Shown here one piece after another: positions 8,928 through 18,183 of a stretch of DNA of 64,000 nt. The stretch's first letter is position 1, and the number at the start of each line of letters is the position of its first letter. Both the position numbers and the translations under genes were made by a program. The notes beneath the pieces were generated by a model, which saw only the letters and a list, made by a program, of their open reading frames with translations, did not search any database and was not told the origin of the DNA. This DNA is from an uncultured delta proteobacterium (GTDB lineage: Bacteria; Desulfobacterota; Syntrophobacteria; BM002): the NCBI GenBank assembly GCA_963712115.1, contig CAVQGX010000043.1:32001-96000 (forward strand). Reading direction: 5' to 3'.

Positions 8928-8985
8928 CCCTGTTCAACCTATAGAATCGAGGCCGGGGGCAGACTCAACTGCCTGCGGCTTTTTT
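8903..8985 (+). promoter_or_regulatory. transcription attenuator (1:2, 2:3 antiterminator, 3:4 terminator)
   Basis: 1:2 TAGTGGG/TCCACTA; 2:3 GTCTGTCCACTAGCC/GGCCGGGGGCAGAC; 3:4 GCCG-GGGGCAG/CTGCCT-G-CGGC followed by T6. Confidence 0.8.
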
Positions 8986-8997
8986 GTCTGCAAAGAG

Positions 8998-9023
8998 GCC
9001 GCCACATGAAAGCGGCTTTTTTT
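8998..9023 (+). terminator. second, weaker terminator-like hairpin
   Basis: GCCGC-9 nt-GCGGC followed by T7. Confidence 0.5.
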
Positions 9024-9193
9024 GTTTGATTCTGGCCTCGAAAGAGTTTTTTGTGGAGCTTAAGCCTGGACCATCTAAGGTGCGAATTTTTTGATATTGA
9101 CAAAATCTAAGAAACACGGGAAAGGAGGTGACACCCCATCCACATTCGGTGTAAGAGATTATGATGCCATATGACCTAGAGGAGGGAAAATCA

Positions 9194-10354
9194 ATGAAGA
9201 TAAAGGGAAGATCGATATGGATAGCGCTGGCGTTAACCATCTCACTTGTTTTGGTATTTTCGTGCGCTAAAGAGAAAGAGCCTTATAAAGTGGGCGCCGT
9301 TTTCTCAGCCACTGGCCGTGCCTCGTTCCTGGGTGAACCCGAAAAAAAGACTGTCGAGATGATCGCCGAGGCAATAAACAAGGTTGGTGGTATCAATGGC
9401 CATCGACTGGAGGTCATACTCTATGATGACGAAAGTGACGAAACCAAAAGCGTCCTTGCGGTTAAACGGCTAATTAAGAAAGACAATGTCCCCGTGATCA
9501 TCGGACCCAGCCTCAGTGGTAACACTATGGCGGTGATCAAAGTTGCGAATGATGAGCAGATCCCCTTGGTTTCCTGTGCGGCCAGCAACAAGATTGTGAC
9601 TCCGGTGGCAGAGCGAAAGTGGGTCTTCAAGGTACCGCAGTCGGATAGCCATGCGGTTGAAAAAATTTATGATTATCTGCTGAAAAATGGCATGACTAAG
9701 ATTGCCATCATGAGCGTTTCCACTGGGTTCGGTGCCAGCGGTCGCGAAGAACTGCTGCGACTAGCTCCTGAAGTTGGCATAGAGATACTGGCGGACGAAC
9801 GCTATGGCCCTAAGGATACTGATATTACCGCTCAACTTACTCGCATCCGCGGCACCGGAGCACAGGCAATTGTCAACTGGTCTGTGGGACCCACCCAGGT
9901 TCTGGCAGTAAAAAACTGGAAAGATCTGGGAATGACATCCATTCCGTTCTTTCAGAGTCACGGCTTTGGGAGTCACAAAAACATCGAGCTAGCGGCAGGT
10001 GCCGCCGAAGGCGTATTTTGTCCTCTGGGCAAGGTCAATATTCCTCTACTTGTTGCTGATGACGATCCACAAAAGAAGGTAATAATGCTTTACAACGAAG
10101 CCTATGAGCAAAAGTACAATGAACCCATATCGTCCTTTGGCGGGCATGCCTGGGATTCGCTGAACCTAGTCATCGATGCCATGAGGAGTGTGGGACCCGA
10201 TTCAGCTAAAATTAGGGACTACATCGAGAACCGACAAAAATTCATCGGTCAGCACGGCGTGTTCAATTTCTCTCCCACCGATCACAATGGCCTTACCAAG
10301 GAGGCCTTTGTAATGGTAGTGGTGAAGGAAAACACTTGGGCCTTGGCTCCTTAG
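9194..10354 (+). CDS. HAAT/LIV-family ABC transporter substrate-binding lipoprotein
   Basis: Signal peptide ending in FSC; GGINGHRLEVILYDDESD; GGAGG RBS before MKIKGRS. Confidence 0.9.
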   Translation: MKIKGRSIWIALALTISLVLVFSCAKEKEPYKVGAVFSATGRASFLGEPEKKTVEMIAEAINKVGGINGHRLEVILYDDESDETKSVLAVKRLIKKDNVPVIIGPSLSGNTMAVIKVANDEQIPLVSCAASNKIVTPVAERKWVFKVPQSDSHAVEKIYDYLLKNGMTKIAIMSVSTGFGASGREELLRLAPEVGIEILADERYGPKDTDITAQLTRIRGTGAQAIVNWSVGPTQVLAVKNWKDLGMTSIPFFQSHGFGSHKNIELAAGAAEGVFCPLGKVNIPLLVADDDPQKKVIMLYNEAYEQKYNEPISSFGGHAWDSLNLVIDAMRSVGPDSAKIRDYIENRQKFIGQHGVFNFSPTDHNGLTKEAFVMVVVKENTWALAP

Positions 10355-10380
10355 AGTTCAATAAGAATGCGATGGCGATG

Positions 10381-10415
10381 GAAGCCTCTCCAGTCCTTTG
10401 GTCAGGAGAGGCTTT
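10381..10415 (+). terminator. stem-loop after the binding-protein gene (mRNA stabiliser or terminator)
   Basis: AAGCCTCTCC...GGAGAGGCTT. Confidence 0.55.
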
Positions 10416-10430
10416 CTGTTGAAGATTGCT

Positions 10431-10788
10431 TAGCCCGGATGTTTCATGAATCCGCCTAAGGCGGACCACGGATATGGTCGTCCTTCTCTCCGAGCTGTAG
10501 GCTCTACGAGCCCGAGGCCGTGCGTCCTCGGGTGTCGGCCCCTGCGACGTACCATTCAGGTACGCCTCGGCTTCGATCTTGGATTTGGGATTTCGGATCT
10601 CGGATTTTTGAGTACAATTGGTGATATAGAACTTAACAGTTCAGATCTCACCATTTGCTCTCTGGTTCTCGCGAACTCTTCAGCAAATTTTAAATCCGCA
10701 TTCCGCAATCCGCATTCCGCAATCGTCGACCCGGTGGCACGTCCATCTTCGTGGTCTCGTGACACCAATTCATGAAACATCCGGGCTA
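10431..10788. mobile_element. MITE-like non-autonomous element, copy 1
   Basis: Perfect 21-bp terminal inverted repeat TAGCCCGGATGTTTCATGAAT; near-identical copy at 23879-24195; no transposase. Confidence 0.85.
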
Positions 10789-10820
10789 GAACTGGACAAA
10801 AGCTTCAAGTTGTTGTTGCT

Positions 10821-11723
10821 ATGGAAAGAATTTCCTTAATAGGACAGCTCACTCAGTATCTTTTCACTGGAATCACCGTGGGAAGCATTTACGCTTTGGT
10901 GGCCGTGGGCTTTAATATCATCTACAACGTTACAGAAATAATTAACTTCGCCCAGGGCGAGTTTGTCATGCTGGGCGGGCTTATTATGGTCTTTTTCACC
11001 GCTGCGGCTAAACTGCCTCTGCCAATAGCTTTTGTTCTGACAGTCACGGCGGTCACCGGTGTGGGAGTTTTGATGGAGAGGTTTACCATTAACCCACTCA
11101 AAAATGCCACCGTATTGACGATGATTATCGTCACCATCGCTGTTTCAATTCTCTTTAAGGGAATTGCTATGTTTGTTTGGGGCAAAGATCCGTATATTAT
11201 CCCACCATTTAGCGGAAGCGAACCAATATTCATCCTCGGAGCAGCTATTCAAACCCAGACATTATGGGTGCTGCTCATAACTGCGGTAGTGGTAGTGCTG
11301 CTGACCCTCTTTTTTAAGAAAACACGATATGGTAAAGCCATGCTGGCATGTGCCGATGATCCCGAAGCGGCTCGCCTAGTAGGCATTAGAGTTAACATTA
11401 TGATTTTAATTTCTTTTGCCTTGAGTGCGGCCATTGGTGCAGTTGCGGGAGCCATAATCACTCCCATATCCCTGATGGAATACGACCGAGGTGCCCTTTT
11501 AGCCTTAAAGGGTTTTGGCGCTGCTGTGATGGGTGGCTTGGGAAGTTTTTATGGAGCAGTGGTGGCTGGTATTTTTCTTGGAATTATCGAATCCCTATGC
11601 GCTGGTTTTGTTTCCTCAGGCTACAAGGATGCTGTAGCGCTTCTTCTACTGCTCTTGGTTTTATACGTTCGTCCAAGTGGTTTGTTTGGCAATGTAGAGG
11701 CGAGCAAAATAAAGGAGTTCTAG
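10821..11723 (+). CDS. livH: LIV-type ABC permease (LivH-like)
   Basis: GSIYALVAVG...INFAQGEF and A.LVGI motifs; multiple TM helices. Confidence 0.85.
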   Translation: MERISLIGQLTQYLFTGITVGSIYALVAVGFNIIYNVTEIINFAQGEFVMLGGLIMVFFTAAAKLPLPIAFVLTVTAVTGVGVLMERFTINPLKNATVLTMIIVTIAVSILFKGIAMFVWGKDPYIIPPFSGSEPIFILGAAIQTQTLWVLLITAVVVVLLTLFFKKTRYGKAMLACADDPEAARLVGIRVNIMILISFALSAAIGAVAGAIITPISLMEYDRGALLALKGFGAAVMGGLGSFYGAVVAGIFLGIIESLCAGFVSSGYKDAVALLLLLLVLYVRPSGLFGNVEASKIKEF

Positions 11724-11733
11724 TACTTAGGAC

Positions 11734-12690
11734 ATGCAGAAATCCAATCTAAAAATGCTTTTTTGCTTGATTATCTTTCTTGCCCTGTTTCCGGCGGTGG
11801 TTTTTAATGTGAGGGCAATTGGCCACTATCTCGACGTGATGATATTTGTCGGTATCTACAGTTTAATAAACATGGGACTAAGCCTTCTCATGGGTTATGC
11901 GGGTCAGATCTCCCTTGGACACGCAGCCTTTTTTGGTCTGGGAGCTTACACTTCAGGGATATTATGCACAAAACTTTCCCTGTCTCCATGGCTAGCCATG
12001 GTTGCCGGCGTTTTCCTGACAGCTCTGGTTGCATACATTGTGGGCGTTCCGTCGCTGAAACTAAAAGGGCACTATCTTGCCATGGCCACCCTTGGTTTTG
12101 GTGTTATCGTCTACATTTTTTTCAATGAGGAGGTGGCCCTCACCGGTGGTCCCTCTGGATTTTCAGACATTCCGGGGTTAACCATCTTTGGTTTAGACCT
12201 AAATAATGATCTCTATTACTATATCCTGGTTTGGTCGCTGGTGTTGCTTACCCTGGTTTTCTCGCTCAATGTGATTAATTCCCGTATAGGCAGGGCCTTG
12301 CGTTCTTTGCACGACAGTGAAGTTGCAGCAGACGCAATGGGGGTTGAAACCTCGAGATTCAAAGTCATCATTTTTGTCTTAAGCGCTGCATATGCCTCCC
12401 TTGCCGGAAGTCTCTACACCCATTACGTAGGTTTCTTGAGCCCCAGTTCTTTTGATCTCTTCCTTTCTATAAAACTGGTAATGATGGTAGTGGTGGGTGG
12501 CATGCATAACATCTGGGGAGCGCTTCTCGGTACCTGGCTGCTTACTTTTTTGGGGAACGAGTGGCTTCATGTTTTCCGCGATTTTGATATTCTAGTCTAT
12601 GGAGCTGTTCTCCTGGCTATTGTAATGTTTCTGCCTGAAGGTTTGGTTGATCTAACTCCGAAAATGAGACGGTTATGGAAGCGAAGCTGA
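11734..12690 (+). CDS. livM: LIV-type ABC permease (LivM-like)
   Basis: GYAGQISLGHAAFFGLGAY, LKGHYLAMATLG and TGGPSG motifs. Confidence 0.85.
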   Translation: MQKSNLKMLFCLIIFLALFPAVVFNVRAIGHYLDVMIFVGIYSLINMGLSLLMGYAGQISLGHAAFFGLGAYTSGILCTKLSLSPWLAMVAGVFLTALVAYIVGVPSLKLKGHYLAMATLGFGVIVYIFFNEEVALTGGPSGFSDIPGLTIFGLDLNNDLYYYILVWSLVLLTLVFSLNVINSRIGRALRSLHDSEVAADAMGVETSRFKVIIFVLSAAYASLAGSLYTHYVGFLSPSSFDLFLSIKLVMMVVVGGMHNIWGALLGTWLLTFLGNEWLHVFRDFDILVYGAVLLAIVMFLPEGLVDLTPKMRRLWKRS

Positions 12691-12812
12691 AAGCCTGAGC
12701 TTGGCGGCGCCATGCGCGCCCCGGCTTTCCTTTTGTGCTCTTTGTGAACCTCGCCGTTGGGATCCCATGTTAAGAATTGTTTGCGGCAGCCTGAGATTTT
12801 GGTGAGATTTAA

Positions 12813-13607
12813 ATGGCTTCTGAGAATTTCAACACTTTCCTGCGCGTAGAGGACCTGCGCAAATCATTTGGTGGCGTGCGAGCTCTAAAGGGGTTAAGCT
12901 TCACGGTAGCTTCCGGAATGATCAAGGCAATTATCGGACCAAACGGGGCGGGAAAGACAACACTATTCAATATAATTAGTGGGGTTTTCCCACCCAACAA
13001 TGGATCCATTATCTTTGAAGGTGTGCCTATCGAGGGCAGGAAGTCCCGGGAGATTGCCCGCCTAGGTGTTTCCCGGACTTTTCAAAACGTGGAAGTATTT
13101 GGTCGTATGACTGTGCTGGAAAATGTAATGGTGGGAAGGCACATCCAGAGTCGGGCCGGAATAATCAGTACAGGTCTCAAACTGCCTTGGATGAGGAGGG
13201 AGGAGCGACAGATCCGGAACGGTGCAAGGGATTACCTGGAATTCGTAGGGCTAGAACACAAAGCAGGCGAGTTAGCTGGTAATCTGCCTTTAGGGGAACA
13301 AAAGCTTCTTGAGATAGCCCGAGCATTGGCCACAGAACCAAAAATACTGTTGCTGGACGAGCCAGCTGGGGGGCTGAATACCAGAGAGACTGAAGAGTTG
13401 GCGGCATTGATCCGGCGGATTCTGGAAAGGGGAATCACAGTAGTGTTGGTCGAGCACGACATGAATCTTGTAATGGACATTTCGGACGAGATCGTTGTCA
13501 TGAACTTTGGTGAAAAAATCGCTGAAGGCAAGCCGAAACAAATAAAGAATGATCCCGTGGTGGTCGAAGCTTATTTAGGGGAAGAGGTTGATTATTCAGA
13601 TCTCTAG
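12813..13607 (+). CDS. livG: LIV-type ABC ATPase (LivG-like)
   Basis: [24 protein letters not shown] and AYLG. Confidence 0.9.
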   Translation: MASENFNTFLRVEDLRKSFGGVRALKGLSFTVASGMIKAIIGPNGAGKTTLFNIISGVFPPNNGSIIFEGVPIEGRKSREIARLGVSRTFQNVEVFGRMTVLENVMVGRHIQSRAGIISTGLKLPWMRREERQIRNGARDYLEFVGLEHKAGELAGNLPLGEQKLLEIARALATEPKILLLDEPAGGLNTRETEELAALIRRILERGITVVLVEHDMNLVMDISDEIVVMNFGEKIAEGKPKQIKNDPVVVEAYLGEEVDYSDL

Positions 13608-13721
13608 CGCGAAGCGCATTGCGCTTAGAGCTAGGCATATACCTTGAGCCTTATGCCCCTGGCGTTTGACTCTCCGCTCATCGAACACAACGCAAGATAT
13701 GTGGTAAGTGAAAACTAAACC

Positions 13722-14450
13722 ATGCTAACACTTAAAAGTGTCCACACTTACTACGGCAATATTCACGCTCTTAGGGGTGTTTCTCTTCATGTAAACCAAG
13801 GCGAAATAGTGACATTAATAGGCGCCAACGGAGCCGGTAAGACTACGGTTTTAAAAACAATTTCCGGAATTACCCCTGCCAGTCGCGGTTCCATTACTTT
13901 CGAAGGGAGGGACTTAACTAGGGTGGCAGCTGAGGAGATCGTCCGGGCCGGCATTTCTCACGTTCCAGAAGGACGGAAGGTCTTTTCCACCCTAAGCTTG
14001 CGAGATAACCTTGAAATGGGCGGATTTATCCGTAGGGACAAGAAAGAAGTACAAGCGGATATGGATCGTTTCAGAGAGAAGTTTCCCATTCTCTCTGACC
14101 GATGGAATCAGATGGCAGGTACCCTTAGTGGTGGTGAACAACAAGTCTTGGCTATAACTCGAGCCTTAATGGCGAGGCCAAGGCTTCTAATACTGGACGA
14201 ACCTTCCATGGGTCTTTCACCTTTGCTAGTCAAGGAAACGTTTAAAATCATAAAAACATTGCGAGAAGAGGGAACCACCATTTTGCTCATCGAACAGAAC
14301 GCCCGTGCCGCCCTTCACATAGCAGATCGTGGCTATGTGCTGGAAACTGGCAAAATCGTCCTCCAGGGGAAATGCCGGATGCTTCTCGAGCACGAAGAAG
14401 TAAAGCGGGCCTATCTCGGCAAAGGCTATCGGGAAGTTTGGGAGGACTGA
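13722..14450 (+). CDS. livF: LIV-type ABC ATPase (LivF-like)
   Basis: [21 protein letters not shown] and LDEPSMGL. Confidence 0.9.
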   Translation: MLTLKSVHTYYGNIHALRGVSLHVNQGEIVTLIGANGAGKTTVLKTISGITPASRGSITFEGRDLTRVAAEEIVRAGISHVPEGRKVFSTLSLRDNLEMGGFIRRDKKEVQADMDRFREKFPILSDRWNQMAGTLSGGEQQVLAITRALMARPRLLILDEPSMGLSPLLVKETFKIIKTLREEGTTILLIEQNARAALHIADRGYVLETGKIVLQGKCRMLLEHEEVKRAYLGKGYREVWED

Positions 14451-14456
14451 GAAGCT

Positions 14457-14596
14457 AAATTCGAATATCTAATATCGAAATCCTAAACAAATTCAAATGA
14501 CCAAAATCCAAATGACCGAAACACTGACGCGTTTAGAACATTGGAAAATTTGAATTTCGGATTTGTTTCGGATTTCGTGCTTCGGATTTCGGATTT
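14457..14596. repeat. 140-bp heptamer-periodic palindromic element
   Basis: Inverted near-identical copy at 33199-33338 (about 7 mismatches); related copies near 5400, 21908 and 51558. Confidence 0.85.
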
Positions 14597-14655
14597 AGTT
14601 CAGGATCGATCCCTGGAATGAACGTTTCTTCTGATCTGACGAGGATTAAAGGACT

Positions 14656-15960
14656 ATGAAGATTTGGGATGCGGATTATGAATGTATGCCACGGGACGAG
14701 CTAGCCCAGTTGCAGCTTGAGCGCCTACAGGCAACGCTCAATCGGGTTTACAAGAACGTCGCTTTTTACCGGAAGAAATTTGATGAGATTGACTTTGAGC
14801 CTGAGGACCTTGTTGAGCTGAATGATCTGGGGAAACTGCCTTTCACCTGCAGCAGGGATCTCAGTGATGCTTACCCCTATGATCTTTTCGCCGTTCCCTT
14901 GCGAGAGGTGGTAAGGGTCCATTCTTCCTCAGGTGCCACCAAGCCAGTTGTTGTAGGTTATACTAGACAGGACCTTAAAAATTGGAGCGAGCTTGTAGCC
15001 CGCGTTCTTACCGCCGGAGGCGTCACGGCTGACGATGTGGTACAAGTGACGCTGAATTATGGACTTCTCACCGGAGGCTTGGGACTCCACTATGGAGCCG
15101 AGCTCATCGGTGCGTCAGTACTTCCCACCTCAGTTGGGCGTACTGAACGGCAGGTAAAAATTATGCAAGACTACCGTACCACGGCTTTAGTGGCTACTCC
15201 TTCTTATGCTCTGGTTATAGCTGATCGCATGGAAAGGATGGGCGTTGATGCGAAGACACTTACGCTCAAGTTTGCCATGCTTGCCGGGGAGCCATGGTCT
15301 GAGGAGATGCGACAGGAAATTGAAGCAAGATTGTACGTCAAGGCTACGGACAATTACGGCCTCAGCGAGATAATGGGGCCTGGGGTGGCTGGCGAATGTC
15401 TTTATCAGGCCGGAATGCATCTGAACGAGGATCATTTCATTTTTGAGGTAGTGGATCCAAAAACGGGAGAGAATTTGCAGCCCGGGGAAGTTGGGGAACT
15501 GATCATAACAACTGTTACCAAAGAGGCATTTCCTCTGATCAGGTTTCGTACAGGTGATCTCTGCTCTATGCAATCTGAGACTTGCCAGTGCGGTCGGAGT
15601 CTGGCCCGCATGAGCAGGGTGCTCGGCCGTACCGACCAGGTAATCATAGTAAAAGGCATAAATATCATTCCGAGTCGCGTGGGTGATCTTCTTGAGGAAG
15701 TCCTAGGAAGCAAGCCCCCTTACCAGTTGGTGGTGGACAGAAAAGGCCACCTAGACAGCCTTACGGTGCAAGTTGAGGTTTCTGAGGACCTATTCTTTGA
15801 CAAAATGCGGGAGCAGCGCTCCTTGATAGAGAGAATGGGTGAAAAGGTCGCGGGGGGAATCGGAGTTACCCCAAAAATTATTTTGGTTGAACCTGGGTCC
15901 ATCAAGCGGGAGAAAGAGACTGCCTTCAAAGTGGTGGATTACAGGAAACTATCCAAATGA
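14656..15960 (+). CDS. paaK: phenylacetate-CoA ligase family protein
   Basis: VVRVHSSSG, YGLLTGGLGLHYG, GEPWSE, YGLSEIMGPG and RFRTGD. Confidence 0.9.
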   Translation: MKIWDADYECMPRDELAQLQLERLQATLNRVYKNVAFYRKKFDEIDFEPEDLVELNDLGKLPFTCSRDLSDAYPYDLFAVPLREVVRVHSSSGATKPVVVGYTRQDLKNWSELVARVLTAGGVTADDVVQVTLNYGLLTGGLGLHYGAELIGASVLPTSVGRTERQVKIMQDYRTTALVATPSYALVIADRMERMGVDAKTLTLKFAMLAGEPWSEEMRQEIEARLYVKATDNYGLSEIMGPGVAGECLYQAGMHLNEDHFIFEVVDPKTGENLQPGEVGELIITTVTKEAFPLIRFRTGDLCSMQSETCQCGRSLARMSRVLGRTDQVIIVKGINIIPSRVGDLLEEVLGSKPPYQLVVDRKGHLDSLTVQVEVSEDLFFDKMREQRSLIERMGEKVAGGIGVTPKIILVEPGSIKREKETAFKVVDYRKLSK

Positions 15961-16139
15961 CATTGTACTTGTAGTCCGTGGCCTGTTGTCAAGAGCGGCA
16001 TAGGGCATAGAGCATGAGGCATAGGGCAAAATCTCAAATTCAAAACCGCTGTGCTCTTGACGCTCTGCGCTTTGCGGCCAACGAAGTGAGCTCAACTGAC
16101 TACGGACCGGGAAAAATTAGCAAACTGAGAGGTAAAAAA

Positions 16140-17999
16140 ATGCATGAACTGCTGGCAGCCGAACCGGGTAGCAAGAGATTACTCCTGGGAAACGAGGCTA
16201 TTGTCCGAGGGGCTCTTGAGGCAGGTATCTCCTTTGCCACCACCTACCCCGGAACTCCCTCCTCGGAGATCGGCGACAATTTCTATCGAATATCCCAAGA
16301 AACAGATATTTATTTCGAGTATTCGGTAAATGAGAAAGTAGCACTAGAAACTGCAGCTGCGGCTTCGACTTCTGGTCTGCGCACCATGTGCAGCATGAAG
16401 CATGTTGGCTTGAATGTAGCGTCCGATGCTCTTATGACTTTGGCTTATGTAGGGGTAAAGGGAGGCATGGTCATAGTCAGTGCTGACGATCCCTCAATGC
16501 ACTCCAGCCAAAACGAACAGGACAACCGTTTCTACGCCAGATTCGCCGGAATACCTATGCTCGAGCCAGCCAATTCCCAGGAAGCCTTGGATATGGCCCG
16601 GGCCGCTTTTGCGCTGTCCGAGTCCCATGGTATTCCAGTCCTGCTGCGCACCACTACGCGAGTAAATCACAGCCGGTCCGTTGTAGAGGTGGGACCATTG
16701 CAGGACTCGAGGGTGAAAGGGAGCTTCATAAAGGATCCCCTTAACCTCGTGCCGGTGCCCATGGTGGCAAGAAGGCTTCACGTTGAACTACTCGAAAAGC
16801 TAAAAAAATTACGAGTGGAGGCTGATAGTTCGTCTTTCAACAGAGTTGAAGGGGAGGGGACCTGGGGAGTGGTAACCAGTGGGGTGAGTTACAACTATGT
16901 CAAGGATGCCATTCGAGAATTAAATATTGCCGACCAAGTTCAGGTGCTAAAACTGGGAATGACCTATCCATTTCCAGAGGCACTCTGCTTGGACTTCATT
17001 GGAAAAGTTAAGAAAGTTCTGGTGGTTGAAGAGTTGGAGCCCTTCTTGGAAGACATGCTCAAGGTGACAGCTCAGGAACAAGGGCTGACAATCAAAATTA
17101 AGGGTAAGGGTGATGAATTACTGCCCCGTTACTTCGAATTCGATCCAGTCCTGGTCAAGTCAGCCGTTGCCCGGTTTTTCCAACTGGATTATGAGCCACC
17201 GAAGGTGGAAATGAGATCGGATCTTCCTCAGCGACCGCCTAATCTTTGCGCGGGTTGTCCGCACAGAGCCAGTTATTATGCGGTGAGACAGGCATTTGGC
17301 GAAGGGGGTGCTATTTACCCATCTGACATAGGTTGTTACACTCTGGGGTTACTGCCGCCTCTCGCTGCAGCCGACTATCTCCTTTGTATGGGATCCAGTG
17401 TTTCCAGCGCTGGCGGTTTTTCCAAGGCTCAGGACCAGCCTGTAGTGGCTTTTGTTGGCGATTCGACCTTCTTCCACTCGGGTGTTACCGGGCTTATTAA
17501 TGCTGTCCAGAATGAACACAATTTTATCCTGGTAATTTTGGACAACGGCACAACCGCCATGACAGGACAGCAGCCCCATCCTGGGGTGGAACTCACTGAA
17601 GAAGGGCGCCAGCCTCCCAAAGTGGATCTTAAGGCATTAGTTCGAGGTTGCGGTGTAGATCGGGTAGTTGTGGTTAATCCCCTGCAGGTTGAAAAGACAG
17701 TCGCCACTATAAAAGAGGTTATGCAAGACAAACCTGGTGTAAAGGTGGTCATCTCAAAATCACCCTGTCCGCTATTCGAAAGACGTGTCACTGGCAAGAA
17801 ACAGAAGGTTGTTTTTAGGGTGACTAACGAGTGCGATATGTGTAGAAGGTGCCTGGATGAGCTCGGATGTCCGGCCTTTACCTACTGTGAGGATGAGAAT
17901 GAGTGCGCTTTTATTGCAATCGATGAACATTTATGCAGCGGTTGCAGCGTCTGTAAGCAAATTTGTCACGCAATAAAGCCGAAGAAGAAGAGTGCTTAA
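16140..17999 (+). CDS. iorA: indolepyruvate:ferredoxin oxidoreductase alpha subunit
   Basis: LLGNEAIVRG, YPGTPSSEI, MKHVGLNVA, RPPNLCAGCPH, SDIGCY and GDSTFFH; C-terminal ferredoxin domain. Confidence 0.92.
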   Translation: MHELLAAEPGSKRLLLGNEAIVRGALEAGISFATTYPGTPSSEIGDNFYRISQETDIYFEYSVNEKVALETAAAASTSGLRTMCSMKHVGLNVASDALMTLAYVGVKGGMVIVSADDPSMHSSQNEQDNRFYARFAGIPMLEPANSQEALDMARAAFALSESHGIPVLLRTTTRVNHSRSVVEVGPLQDSRVKGSFIKDPLNLVPVPMVARRLHVELLEKLKKLRVEADSSSFNRVEGEGTWGVVTSGVSYNYVKDAIRELNIADQVQVLKLGMTYPFPEALCLDFIGKVKKVLVVEELEPFLEDMLKVTAQEQGLTIKIKGKGDELLPRYFEFDPVLVKSAVARFFQLDYEPPKVEMRSDLPQRPPNLCAGCPHRASYYAVRQAFGEGGAIYPSDIGCYTLGLLPPLAAADYLLCMGSSVSSAGGFSKAQDQPVVAFVGDSTFFHSGVTGLINAVQNEHNFILVILDNGTTAMTGQQPHPGVELTEEGRQPPKVDLKALVRGCGVDRVVVVNPLQVEKTVATIKEVMQDKPGVKVVISKSPCPLFERRVTGKKQKVVFRVTNECDMCRRCLDELGCPAFTYCEDENECAFIAIDEHLCSGCSVCKQICHAIKPKKKSA

Positions 18000-18183
18000 G
18001 GTCTGTTGTCTAGATTCGCAAAGCGCAGAGCGCCAGGCGCATAGCGGTTTTGAATTTAATATTTTACCCTAGGCTCTATGCTCTGTGCCGCTTTTGACAA
18101 CCGACCGCGGACGCTTGACGCATGGATGTACACGCCCATGGTTGTGACGGATCTGCAATTAGTCGACAACTGAGGAACAAGGT

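Noticed and set aside
10446-10780. ORFs inside the MITE-like elements (also 23869..24222, 1445..1726 and 5386..5616)
   Set aside because: They are translations of palindromic repeats with no transposase motifs.
14457-14596. Heptamer repeats as a CRISPR array
   Set aside because: There is no constant 25-40 bp repeat with unique spacers, and no cas genes in the window.
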